From Botryllus schlosseri (taxonomy: Eukaryota): 64,000 bases of DNA. The stretch's first letter is position 1. Each line of letters opens with the position of its first letter. The notes under the pieces are model-generated. The model was not told the DNA's origin. It saw nothing but the letters and a program-made list of their open reading frames with translations, and ran no database searches. The stretch is from assembly GCA_051294905.1 (NCBI GenBank), contig CM119383.1:11656001-11720000 (forward strand), in the 5' to 3' direction. Made by a program: the position numbers and the translations under genes. Shown piece after piece: positions 46,916-59,736 of the stretch.

Positions 46916-47395
46916 ATGGCTAAGCCTGACGTGGACTACACTCGTCACTCCTCTATCATGGGGCAGAAGCTGTACACCAAGTTTCTTGGGCCGACAAAAA
47001 ATTTCAAGCCTAACTGGGCATACGACATGCCCGAAACACTGAATCCAGAAAACTGGAAAACGATCACACCATCTGATATGAAAGCTCATGAAGAAAGGCA
47101 AGCTATTCGTGGTCGCTTGCGCAGGGAATTCTGGACAAAGAAGTATCACCCTGTCAACTGGAAGTACTTTAACCCGATAACGTCTGATCCTATGTATGCT
47201 AAATTTCAACGAGCGAAAAGTGTGTACTTTGTTCGAGATGCCTTCAAGCCAAAGAGTTTACCAGGAGTGAAAACTATTTTTCAAATAACATTTGCTGTCA
47301 TTGTCGTACCATCGGTATTCTGTGCTTATCTTTATCGTGATCTCAAGTCTCAGGCGAAATTTTCCTCCGCCCTTGACTCCAGGGTTGCAAAATAG
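46916..47395 (+). CDS. NDUFB4: NADH dehydrogenase (ubiquinone) 1 beta subcomplex subunit 4-like, single coding exon, 159 aa
   Basis: PETLNPENWKTITPSDMKAHEERQAIRGRLRREFWTKKYHP aligns with recalled human [40 protein letters not shown]. One C-terminal hydrophobic segment (IFQITFAVIVVPSVFCAYLY). First ATG at 46916. AATAAA at 47439-47444. Confidence 0.8.
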   Translation: MAKPDVDYTRHSSIMGQKLYTKFLGPTKNFKPNWAYDMPETLNPENWKTITPSDMKAHEERQAIRGRLRREFWTKKYHPVNWKYFNPITSDPMYAKFQRAKSVYFVRDAFKPKSLPGVKTIFQITFAVIVVPSVFCAYLYRDLKSQAKFSSALDSRVAK

Positions 47396-47496
47396 ATTTT
47401 GTGCGAGTTGCGTGTATTTGAAATTTTCTCTAAATGCGAATAAATGTGGGAAGATAACTTTGCCTGGCAGATATATAGTTTCAATTGAAATAACCT

Positions 47497-48813
47497 ATGC
47501 CACTGCGAAATCTGACACGAGGAAAATTTCTGACACAAATTTTTTCATTGTCACAGAGACCACTAAGTCTGTGTTCGAGAGTAAGTAAACACTTCTCAAT
47601 CGCATTGCAGCAATAATGTAATGATCTCCCTTCGTATTTAGACATGGAATGAGTGCAACCTTGGTAAACTCAATCACATAGCTATTGCTGTCCCGGATCT
47701 TGGTAAGTCTGTCATGTACGGCGAGCAAAATCGATTCAACAGTATTACATGTTTAGTGTGATCAGGGCTGTAAGAGAAACTTTCGTCTGACAATACTTCC
47801 ACATGGACTTTTCAGATAAATCATGACTCAGGTTATTTAGTATCATCAACATACGACTAAATTGCATTAGTGGACCCGTACTATGTAGTTAGTTCAGAAG
47901 TTATCAATGACTTCAAAGTAAAAGTACTGCCAAAAATTTTAGTTGACAAGTAGTAGTGATTTTCAGGACATGTCAAAACTATATGAAGTAGAGACATGGG
48001 ATGGATAGTCTCTAATGATTGGAATAGGTTGGCCAAGTGTCACAGACGTTTTTGAGTTGAAATTGCAAGTTGTATCCTCCTAAAAAATCGCTCTGATACT
48101 GCTAATAGGTGAAATTTCCTAGTTCCAGTCTGTTATTGTGATATGGGTCTGCATTGTCCACTCGCTATGCCAATCTCACTGTAAAGTGATGCAAATTTAT
48201 CCAACACACGATTTTCCATTTCACAAAATTGTAAATGTTGCAAGTAATTTTCCTTGAAACAACATGAAAGTAGAAGTAGCCTCAAATATGTTATACTTGC
48301 AGTTTCTTATTACAAGGGAGGTGGTGTTATAGTTGATAGTTTCATTATTATTCAGTTTCGGTATCTACGACTTGATAACATTCTACCTTCATCAATTGAA
48401 CAGATAAAGCCACTGCTTTATATAAAGATGTACTGGGCGCAGACGTCAGTGGCAAACAAGATTTACCAGAGCATGGGGTCACCACTGTTTTTGTAAATTT
48501 ACCGAACGCAAAATTGGAGGTAGGAGCTTTGTGCGAATAACTCAACCAAGTTGCTTACCGAATGTTTCTTAAGCTTCTACATCCATTTGGAGAAAACAGC
48601 CCTATATCTGGTTATCTGGAAAAAAATAAGAGCGGCGGTCTCCACCACATATGTATTGAAGTTGAAGATATTGCTGCTGCTGTCAAGGTGTTGAGAGAAA
48701 AGGGTCTCAGAACATTAACGGATGAACCCAAAATCGGTGCACATGGAAAACCAGTGATATTTTGCCACCCAAAAGACTGTAATGGAGTATTACTGGAGCT
48801 TGAGGAGGCGTAA
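47497..48813 (+). CDS. MCEE: Methylmalonyl-CoA epimerase, mitochondrial, 4 exons, 166 aa
   Basis: Exons 47497-47580, 47642-47702, 48404-48519, 48574-48813, all GT-AG with consistent phases. Motifs LGKLNHIAIAVPDL, LPEHGVTTVFV, GGLHHICIEV, KIGAHGKPVIFCHPKDCNGVLLELEEA. Arg/Leu/Ser-rich acid-free N-terminus resembles a mitochondrial presequence. Confidence 0.95.
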
Positions 48814-49401
48814 AATCATATAAGTAATGATTCAATTGTGGAGATCTTGCTGTTCAAGATGGCTTGAGTGCTTCATGATCCAATATACATGGTGCTGCAT
48901 GTGTGATTTGTGGCCAATATAGTCTCTTCAGCTATAGACGTTTTTTAGAGTCGGCCTTCAACGATGCGACATGTGAAGATAATATTTCATTATGGTTATC
49001 AAAAACAACTGAAGTTACCTGGTGATGCAAGTCTGAAATGAAGTTTTCTGGGACTATCTTTTCGTAGCATCGCAGTCCTGTGGTGTTTTGAAATGATGTA
49101 AATTCTCAATAAACTGATACTGATATTGTGCTGACGACACTGACATGATGGTGGGTTTGACCATAGTGGTTCATGTCTATGGTTTGACTATAGACTACTA
49201 ACCTACGGAGGTTACTAATCTATAGCTTGACATAACATAATTATGTCGGTATGGTAGCATCTGGACTACACGTTGCCGGTATGCGAGCGGGCGAACAACA
49301 TAGTAACCGAGACAGAAGATATGCTATGCTGATAATTGGCGAAGTTGCAATTGCTAACGTACCGGTAACGATATTGATTTATACTGACGATTGCTAAGAT
49401 G

Positions 49402-49963
49402 CAGGGTTGTAATGACTCGAGTCATGACTCGACTCGAGTCACGATTTTCGGATGACTCGACTCGAGTCATTTTCTCAAAATACGGAAATGACTCGACTCG
49501 ACTCGAGTCAATCTGTGTATTGACTCGACTTGGACTCGAGTCATTGCGCATGACTCGAAGCAAGTCATTGACTCGAGTTTCAGACGGCCAAGACCGACAT
49601 TTCATTGTAATTTCGAAGCCAATACACTATTAGGATTTCGTTTGTTGGTACTGGTGCTTGAAAATGCGACCAGAAACTGCTAAAAGTGAGGAAAATGGAT
49701 ATAATATAAATGCGAACCATTCAATATCATCAAACAGGGTTAAAAAAGTGGGTTTAGAAAGACTTTAACTGGAAAATTAGCAAACAACACAATGACTTGG
49801 ACTCGAGTCATTATACCATGACTCGGACTCGATCCTCTGTTCGCTGACTTGGACTCGGACTTAACTCGGTGGGAATTGAAAATGACTCGAGTTGACTCGA
49901 GTCAAAAATATAAAAGTGAGATTGACTTGTGACTCGGAGCCTTGTGACTTGGTTACAACCCTG
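49402..49963. mobile_element. GACTCGAGTC-family MITE, full length (562 bp)
   Basis: Perfect TIR cagggttgta / tacaaccctg. Perfect TSD ctaagatg (49394-49401 and 49964-49971). Confidence 0.93.
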
Positions 49964-50100
49964 CTAAGATGTTACAACATCTTGTAGATTTGGAAACGAA
50001 ATACGCACGCAAAGATCCACTTTCAGTCTTATATCATTAGGACTTTGCTTGGTTGTTCTCATGAACTAGATCGTTACTGCGACCAACAAAGAACATTGTT

Positions 50101-50158
50101 TGAGTCATGTCTAATTAGTAAGTACTCTTCCTCCTCCCGCAAGTGATTTCTGACGTCA
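50101..50158 (+). promoter_or_regulatory. AP-1 (TGAGTCA, 50101-50107) and CRE/ATF (TGACGTCA, 50151-50158) consensus sites upstream of MAP2K4
   Basis: Exact consensus matches about 360-415 nt upstream of the MAP2K4 ATG. Function is unproven. Confidence 0.35.
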
Positions 50159-50516
50159 CTAATATGCCAGATGATGTCGCTGTTGCAGCCCGATGTTTGT
50201 GTGTGTTTTAGAAATGGAAATTAGGAGAATAGGCTGGTTCGCGTCGTAGCGGTTTTCATGAGATGTTTTTGTCACGGCTCAGCATTCAATTTTACCATGC
50301 AGCGAAGGTACATTTTGTCTTGCTTATATACTGTCTCCTCTCTATGCTAGATTAGCATCTCTTTGCTCAGCCTTGGCAATGTTAGAGCAACGATGTTATG
50401 CAAATATCTGCTGTAGTAATTGGATCATTATTATATCTCCTTTATTTCCTAGGCGTTGCTATCATGTACCTTGATTACCTTTCGATTAGCCGCGCTTTTG
50501 TATTACGACAGTGATA

Positions 50517-53500
50517 ATGAATCTACCTTTAAATTCGGGCGGTGGGCGAGTTCGCCGAGGTTTGAATCTTCAGTTTACACCACAGAGTGGTAATGGTCCT
50601 CCTCGACAGCAGAGACCGGCTTTTCCGCTGCCTCCACAAATTCCGATAGCTCCGCCGAAGCCAGTCACGCCAATCCTAACGCCAGAGAGTTTGTCGAGCA
50701 TTGGAAAATTAGTGATAGAAACAGCGGTAAGTATATACTGGCCTCTGGGCCTGGCATCATCCCCAGAGGTGGTCAGTATATTTAAGTACTCACCTATCTT
50801 CGGAATACTCGGTAGGTTTTCCTGTTTATACTGTAGTTACTCGAGGTATTATGTTTTTAGACTACTGCTATACTTGACAGCTGTATTTTTCGAAAAATTG
50901 GCATGACATGATATGGTTGTGTTTAGGGCTATGATTTTACATCAAAAGACTTGATTGATGTTGGGGAGATTGGAAGAGGGGCCTTTGGTACTGTGAACCA
51001 GATGCGACACATCGAAAGTGGTAAACTGATGGCTGTAAAGCGAATTAGATCCACTGTGGAGGAGAGAGAACAGAGGCAGTTACTGATGGATTTGGATGTG
51101 GTTGGTAGTTTTATATGGTTGTTGAATGTAGCGCCTTAGTTTCAAAGGTGTTTGATTGCTACTGCATTGTTATAGTTAAGTGCCCCGGTTTGTGCGTACA
51201 CCACAGCCTATGAATTAGTAATTGGTAGTCCTGTTTCATACTCCGGAAGTTTGACTTGCCTCTATTACTAAACTTTATGTGTGCAAGATTCGTACGATTT
51301 AAGGATTTCTATTTCTGTACAATCTAATTGTATTTGTTACTCTTCTTGGACCGTCTGCATGATTTGAACAAAGCCATAGCTACCTGATTATCATCAATAT
51401 TTAGCATTCAAATCAGCGTGAGACCAAAATTCCCCCAGGCTAATTATGTGTTTTCAATGCTTTCTCCAATATTGAGATTGAAATTTCTATTTCCGGACTA
51501 TCTTATTGAGAAAAGTTTCTCGCAAAAAATAATATTATCGAAATCAAAGCGTCTATTGATTTTGAAGAACTTTTCTCAATTATCAGTCCAATAGCAATGC
51601 ATACACAATATCAAACCTGAAAACGATAAGGATGTAATATGATGTTTTGGGGCAATTATTGATTTAGCTTGTTTATAGCCTATAGTCTCATTTGGTGTAA
51701 GTACTTGCATGTTTTTCTGTCTACTTTCTGTACATGACACGTCTATTCCATTGTAGCCTTACGGACTGTACTGTGTTGCAGGTTATGCGTAGCAATGACT
51801 GTGTCTACATCGTTCAATTCTACGGCGCACTCTTCTGGGAAGGAGATTGCTGGATATGTATGGAACTCATGTCGACCTCCCTTGACAAGTTCTACCGCTT
51901 CGTATACAGACGACAGAATAGTGTAATCCCCGAAGAGATATTGGGCAAAATAGCTGTTGCAACGGTAGAGGCCCTCAATTATTTGAAGGTATGCTGATGC
52001 GACTGATATTGTTCGCCTATGTTGATGCTAGTGATATGCGAATCGCAGGCAGTCTGGTAGCCAGTGCATTGTTTATTTTTGGCTAATATTTCTCCACTCC
52101 GTATACTTTCCCTAACAGCACTGCAATATGTTTAATGTGTCTTCAGTTTGTTCGAGCTTAGCGTCAGTTGTATATTATAGCTTATTGATAGTTATCATAA
52201 AGATTTGCTGGTTCAGTCCAACGAGCAGCTTGCTTAGTAATGGTATTTAAGGTCTGACCATTTCATAATTTGCTAGTATTGGAGCAGGGAGATGTTTGCT
52301 GGTTAAACACGCTATGCGGAAGACTGCTCATTCTTGTTTAATCAGCATGCCTGCTTATTTTCCCTCACCGTGTCACGGTTGTATCAGATTTTTCGGTATT
52401 TCAATGTTTGATCTATTCCATTTTGTATACAAGTTACTTGATTTGTCGGTTTCTACTTTCATAACTATGTCATGTAGCGTTGATCATTATTGGTGTTGAT
52501 ATGTGTAGATATTCCTTGGCGATAATCGCTAGGTAGGCCTATATGATTGCATCGCAGATAGCTGAGCTAGACATCATGATCCTTTGATTGGATAAAACTT
52601 ATTACAATTCTATGGGGTTTTAGATGGGAGTGAGTGTGGTTAGAGATAAGTAGTATTTCTATGGCATCTAGAGATTTAATATGGTCTCTAGACTCAAACC
52701 AACATGACTTGTTGTATTTGTGGCGTTGGTGACATGTCTGATATCTTAATAAACCAATTTATTGGCCATATTATTCAAAACACATACGCTCCTTCAAGAA
52801 AACGAAATTTTAGAGCATTGGTGATCGAACTGTAGTATTGACATTCACAGTTCTTGATCGTAGTTGGTGTTTTGACTTTTAGTTTTTTATGAAGTTGAAC
52901 TGGTAACAAATGGGTAGATATGTCAGTACATCACTGCTATGTCGTTGTGATGGGTTATGATTGAATACTTGGAATCTTGATACTTGATCAAATTACTAAT
53001 TATAACGTGACTTTGTGGATGTGATAGTTATTCAACAACTCATTTACTGCATACTGTTTGATTGACTCCTAATTCATTTTGATTCATACATATTTCAAAG
53101 TATTCATGTCAATCTATGCCATGAGCATGAGTCGTCACTTTGGTGGCCTCTTTGTTTCAGGAAAAGCTGCAAATCATCCATAGAGACGTGAAGCCTTCCA
53201 ATATACTAATCGACAGACTAGGAAATATTAAACTGTGCGATTTCGGAATCAGCGGGCAACTAGTGAATTCAATAGCAAGAACTCAAGACGCTGGCTGCAA
53301 GCCTTACATGGCACCGGAGCGTATAGACACGAATCAATCACGAGACGGTAAGGATTGTAAAAGCCATTCAATTGCGTTCCATGTGGCTGAAATGAAGTTT
53401 TCGTTTAATGAGATCGGTTGTCTTCAACTGTGGCCTTTTCTAGCAGTTCTGCGCAAGTGCTAATAAAACTATGCATTTGTCGAATCAATGATTAAAAACA

Positions 53501-56309
53501 ACGTTGCAGGGGTTGTTTAGAAAGTTTTTGTAGCACGATTTGGTTTTACAGTCATTAACAATGTACACACATAAGGTTAATTTGGAGATATAAAGATGTT
53601 TTGAATTATATTACACCTGATTAATCCATAATCGGAAGATTATGAATGATTTATGTGATACCGGTATCCAGAAGTAGGCTACCTATGCTCTTAGGGAGCA
53701 TGGTAGCCTACTCAGTAAGTTTCGCCAACTTGCACTGATTAGGCTACTCCAGTCAGTGGTTATGATTATAGACTAGTTCTACTTGGCAATTCAATTGAAT
53801 TTATTGCTAACAATTTCATCATTTCGATACGCCACAAGACTACGATATAATCATAGAAATGTGAAATGTGAATCATAGAAATGTGAAATGACCCGGAGTA
53901 GTCTTGGAAATCGGACACCCACTTGGCCTATAGCGATGTAAAAAAGGTGGCATGCACACTGAATGAAAAGTAGTAGAAGATACTATGAAAAGACAGGCGA
54001 CAAAAAGAGGTGGCATGTGTCGGAAGGCGAGATCGATATGTCGGGTCGTGGTCCGGTAAACTCGAGGGCTATCTAGTATTCATTCAGTAGAAATTGTTTG
54101 TATCTTGACTTGTATGTGGACATGCTCGATGACTGTCGGATAGCCGACGAGATACTGTTCCACTTCGCAGTTCCGGCATATTTGATAGAGCCATGATCTT
54201 TTTTGTCGACCATATGGTAGTTAGACGACGTGGACGCACATGTTGTACTTATGCACTTTTGATACTGAGGTAAAGAAGAAGCCATTGAAGGTTTCGGGGC
54301 AGTTATCGAAATGGAACTGATACATAAACCTGGCAATTTCTAGTTTCCTTGTATCTTTCACGTTTTGGACACCGAATCTTACACACAATGTTTTTTTTTT
54401 TGGCAAAACGAGGCCTACAATATTTACTTTCACTTAATTTAAAATCGCTACTTGTAATTAAGTAGAAACTTATGACGTTACTTCTACTTACCAATGGTGT
54501 TTACTTTGAACTGGTTCTGGTGATGTCCATGTTCTTCGACCGAGTTCACCGATTGTTATAATTTGCAATGTTTCAATATGACATATTGCGATCTGACGCA
54601 TTGAGATGACTGACCAATGACCATGTTGTAGTTTGTGCCGACGTCGTCAATTCTTTTGCAGGTTATGACGTCAGGTCAGATGTGTGGAGTCTTGGAATCA
54701 CGATGATTGAATTAGCGACAGGGAAGTTTCCTTATCCAAAATGGAATAGCGTGTTCGATCAACTTACTCAGGTGGGCGCTTTCTTGGTAAATCTATGGCA
54801 TGTTTTGATCTGGGTATCGTGTACGTACGCTATTGTTGCTTGATTTGGACTTACAATTTTTCATTTAGGCTGTGCCATCGCACACAATTTTTTATTTAGG
54901 CTGTGCCGTCGCACATAGTTCAAAGTATTGGTAAATGGCAAAGTTTGTTTTCAGCATAGTTGAATTGAGCCGTTTATTGTTTTTGTGCTGTTTTGCTGCT
55001 GAATTTATAATGAATTTGTTCCCACTCAAGGTTATTTACACTGTGTAGTGATACATTCTGGTATGTCTTTGTGTGTGTAATCTGATCCATCCGCACCAAT
55101 GTAATAGAGACTGTGTGATAAAAGAGGTGCGACTACAATTTTTCACTGTCTCGGGGTCGGGATATAGCAATTGATTATGTCTGCTTATGTGCGGATTCTT
55201 TATCAAGAGTTATTTTTGTTTCAAAATATCGGTGGTACTGCTAAAGTTGCTATTCGACTGCAATATCAAACGTTTCATGGATGTTTCTATAACTAGTCAT
55301 TTCCACATTCACCGACTTTACTTGTGATGAGCGTGCGGAGGGTGAGGCTTGATAAGCACGAAAGGGAAAATATCATGATGTTAGGATACTTCCACTGCTG
55401 CTTGCCAGCCTTTCAGGCAAAACTACATTTTACGTTTTGTATTTGAAGAGATGGAAGTAGTTAGATGAGTTTGCATCGCTTCATAAGTGAGATTGCGCCT
55501 ATTAGTGGGCATCAATCATTTTGCGGTAGTTGTGAATATGCATCCTTCAATTTCATAAGTAGGCCTCTCCACCTCCGATCAATTTCTAAAATGTCCGACT
55601 TCCTGACCGAATCTACTTTTTTGCTCGACTTCGGTACTTTTCAGACTTTTCATTTTCAACTTTAACTTAAAGTAGTTTTTTCACTTTTTTACAACTCTTG
55701 GTGATATTGAATGCCTCACATTCATGATATACAAATTTTTGTCACTTTACACAGTTCTGGCCCTACTTTACTGACGCCAGTACTGATAGATGAAATACCA
55801 ATAATGTAGTAGCTTACTATTCTTCGAAATTGGAACGAATTGCCTGTCTTGGACGTCTGAGTCTTGAGTCATATGACTTGGTCGAGTCATGCGCAATGAC
55901 TCGTGTACAAGTTGAGCCAAGTCACCAAATAATCTCAAGTCGAGTCATTGCAACTCATACCGTACATGTTACTTCTACTCAAGCAATGTTGGCTGCTTTG
56001 AACGCTTTTGGATTAAATGTGAGATGTTTCCATGTCTAATTTCAAAATTTTTCACCATCTCAGGTTGTCAAGGGAGATCCACCCACGCTGTCGAATTCCG
56101 ATGACCGCTTTTTCTCGGAGGGCTTCACCAATTTCGTCAACACGTGCACGATCAAGGACCCGGACCGGCGGCCGAAATACGACCGGCTCATCCGCATGCC
56201 CTTTCTCGAGCACATGATGCGCCGAATGGTCAACCTGTCCCAGTATTTTTGTTCCATCTTGGACGTTATGACGGATATGGATTTTCGCGGAAGTTCGGAG
56301 GACACCTGA
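50517..56309 (+). CDS. MAP2K4: Dual-specificity MAP kinase kinase 4 (MKK4/SEK1), 6 exons, 377 aa
   Basis: Exons 50517-50726, 50927-51100, 51782-51988, 53161-53347, 54662-54771, 56064-56309 (1134 nt). Motifs: docking site [109 protein letters not shown]. Confidence 0.96.
53850..54400 (-). mobile_element. 5'-truncated L2/CR1-group (Crack-like) LINE 3' end in MAP2K4 intron 4
   Basis: Minus-strand [22 protein letters not shown] and [39 protein letters not shown], followed by a 3' UTR shared with 42765-43005. Confidence 0.8.
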
Positions 56310-56705
56310 TAACGTAATTGGTTCTGACGCGTGTTTTTGTGTTGTCGCTATTTTATCTTGTGACGGATTTTTACAGATCGTTTCACCCCACTGTTGATCC
56401 CCACCCGCCGGGTCTAGTGTACTTTCTTATCCTCACCGAGAAATGTTCCCCGTGGCTGTGACCATCAACAATCAATGTTCTCTGTGAGAAAAATTTATGG
56501 TATTTCAGCTGTGTTCTCCATGAAACTTGATATCTGCACTTCAGAGATCCACGCGCTTGGTTTAGAGTTGCGTGGTTGGTGTATCATAGGAGCATTCATA
56601 AGCCTTACCCTCAATCCTAGCCTATTCTAGTGTAGATATAACACTTGTGATCTTCACCGAATCACCGTTATCACGAACGACCAATTATAAAATTTTTTGG
56701 AGAAC

Positions 56706-57233
56706 CAGGGTTGTAACCAAGTCGCAATTTGTTCCCGGTCGCAAGTCAATCTCATTTTATCGTTTTGACTCAAATCATGTCGAGTCATTTCAATTTACTA
56801 CGGAGTAATGTCTCTGGCTCAATTGTCCAAGTACCACTAGGCAACTTGGTACTTGGTTTGAGATATCGATAATGTGGTAACTTTACTGTTCTTCGAAGTT
56901 TCAATGAAATCCTATCTTGGCCGTCTGATACATCGCCAATGTATACTGAACTGCTCCGAGTGCTCATGCTAATGCTTTACGCATCCCGGAAACTTGAATG
57001 TCATGCAACAGTGATAGGATTATTGCATCTCTAAAACTGTGGTAGCAAATATTAGGCACGCAAGATATGACTTGAATTAAGTGATATAGAACCTGTAGTG
57101 GTGTGGCTTGCTCGAGTCATGCGCAATGACTCGAGTACAAGTCAAGTGAATAAACAAATCGGCTCAAGTCCAAATTTAAGAAAACGAGGACTCCTGTCAC
57201 CAAAAAATTGGGGCTTGAGTTATTACAACCCTG
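56706..57233. mobile_element. GACTCGAGTC-family MITE, old diverged copy downstream of the MAP2K4 stop
   Basis: cagggttgtaacc ... ttacaaccctg. TSD tggagaac / tggacaac. A further fragment lies at about 55840-55955. Confidence 0.75.
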
Positions 57234-59126
57234 TGGACAACACAGGTGATGATCACGTGGAATGCCATATATTTTTGACATGTTCACAGTTAATACAGAT
57301 TGATGTTGGTTATGGGGAGGACTTCTCAGTGGGGATAAAAATGTATACTATACCCTTCCCCCTCTCCCATTTTGCTGACACGCGTCATGCCTGTAGAGGT
57401 CTCCGAATCATGTTCTATTAACTGGGAGCTCTTTCGGTGATAGTCTGTGAATGTGCAACGTGTGCATTTGGTAACATGCAGTGTTGGATTCGACTTCATT
57501 CTTCCCTTAGTACTGCCAAAGTAAATGAAACTTTTTTGTCGTTTGGATTTATGATCATGTTTTGAAATGCCCAGTATTGCCATGTATTGGCACTGATTTT
57601 CAAACGAGGCCCGTTGAATACCGCGAATAATCGATAAATTTCTCTTTTTGCCGTTTTACAATGTTTGAATTTTGAGGGGGCCAAATTTTACAGTGCATGT
57701 CATGTTTTCATTGTGATGCATCAAAGGCGTATTCCGAATGATTTAGGTACTTCCCTCATCGTGGTGCCTACCGTTGTAGTTTTGTCCGTTGATGGCCGAG
57801 TGCATGGTCTCGGCTGTGTGATTTTCTGTGGTATACCCGTTACCTAGGTGGTTTGTGTAATGATCTCACCTCAAAATTAGACAATGGAAACTCCGTTACT
57901 TGTTCGCCACTACTTCTCTTTTCTGAACATTGATATTGGTTACATTGTTGCTTCATACCAGTGCACTATAATGGTTAAATACTGAGCATACCAGTTTGTC
58001 CAGGGTCTGACACTGGAATATACAGCATTTAATATTGGCCATTGCATCATTGCAGACGCAGATTTGTTGACAGGATTAATTTGATTTCTTGAAAGTCTGA
58101 CTTGAATATGCCGAATGCACTATATACTTGGGTCTGTCGTGATCCAATCCTTTATATTTCGTTATGAAAGTCTTCTTTTATCTTTGGGTGCAATGTTCGC
58201 AGTGGAACTTCAGACAAGCATCGAATATAGCCCCGGTTGAATATCTTTTTCACGTCATGATCTTCGTTGACGTTTGCTGACGTGATGACCCTTTTCATTA
58301 GCGTCACGCTGTGGTCGCATTGTTCCAAATCGATATTTTCAATTTCAAGTCACAGTTATTGTCGTAATAAAAACAAAGCAGCATAAAAATGTAATGTATT
58401 GTATTTTGTCATTGGTATGTCAGATCTCAGTTAACGGGCCTTTGCCACATTCTGTATTATTTGCTGCGGTAAAATTCGTGGAAGGCAGAAGAGCGTACAA
58501 GTAATACTACCTATAGGCAGAGTCGTGATTGGGAGAGAGAGAGAGAGAATGAATGCATTCGGTCTATGAAAATACATAGATGCAGGAATACAAAACAAAG
58601 TATAATTCAATTTAGAACCAGGCTGTAGCGAAGCGTTCGGGAGGGCTAATCTCCCGAGAGACCCGTCATACCATTACTTGAGTGCTGATTTCCTATATAT
58701 CAGTCCTATTTTCACATACATTTAACCAAAATTTTCAAAAAAGGGCAAATTATCAAAAAAAGAGGACGTACATGGTAACCCCTACAAAACGTAATTGACG
58801 TAATATTTTCAAACTTACTCGATCGTCGTCGTCGAATTACTAGTTCAGATAAAAATCGCAGCCCTAGAGACAATGTCCGGCTGATCAGATAACGGCTAGT
58901 AACTCTGCCATGGGCCAACACTTAAAACACCCTGAATATGCCAAATCTTATGGCAGCAATCAATCTATATACAGTAGTTGCTTGTGGTGGCTGCTAAACG
59001 ACACTGTTCTCTGGTTCTCAACGACGAACCGGACAAAGTTATTCAGTAGATGCTACCAGAATGTGACACGCCAGCCTAAATTTGGTGAGAACTGAGCAAT
59101 GAGCATGTACATTGTACAGTATATAA

Positions 59127-59736
59127 TAGGAGCGGGCGACATACGGCCCGCGGACAGTTGATGTTTTTGAAACGATGAAAATATTGATAAACCTGATTGA
59201 TTGATCGATTGATTCCCGTCTTACATGATAATGTGGCCCGCTGCCCCAGTCTGCCGATATCCGGCCCCCACTACTTGCTTAAACGTCAAATTAGTGACTG
59301 CGTGTGACTGTGTGCGCACTGCGAAGCGTGCGAGAGTAGAGCTTACACGAAAGTTCATCGTAGCGAGAAGGCTTTCATTATCGGCATTTACCATGTACTA
59401 AACCCTAATGAATTGATATATTGGTAAATTTTGGGTACCTGGCTAATCGAACGTCTGGAAATCTTAATTATGGATTGCACCGTGTGATCAGAGAGAAGCA
59501 GACATGGCGACAGCTGTATGACAATGCTGTTCTCAAATCAACATTGTTTTCGTCATTATCGACGAGAAATGGCTTTGAAATGACACTGCTGTCGTTAAAA
59601 TGCATTCATTAAATACAATTTATTCCTTGTATATGTTGATAAGTGGGCGAATAATGTATCGATTCAGCAATCCGGCCCGCCAAGTACTTAATTTTCCTAT
59701 ATCCGGCCCGCTGACTGGAGAAGTTGCCCGCCCCTG
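59127..59736. mobile_element. hAT (Buster/Charlie-like) MITE (610 bp)
   Basis: TIR taggagcgggcgac / gttgcccgcccctg. Perfect TSD gtatataa (nnnTAnnn). GGCCCGC subterminal motifs. Confidence 0.85.

Noticed and set aside
48814-50516. MAP2K4 as a third cistron of the NDUFB4-MCEE unit
   Set aside because: The 1.7-kb spacer (1.1 kb without the MITE) has room for its own promoter, and I saw no AATAAA-acceptor coupling.
10720-57230. GACTCGAGTC arrays as CRISPR-like or satellite repeats
   Set aside because: There is no repeat-spacer periodicity. They are subterminal motifs inside TIR/TSD-bounded MITEs in a eukaryote.
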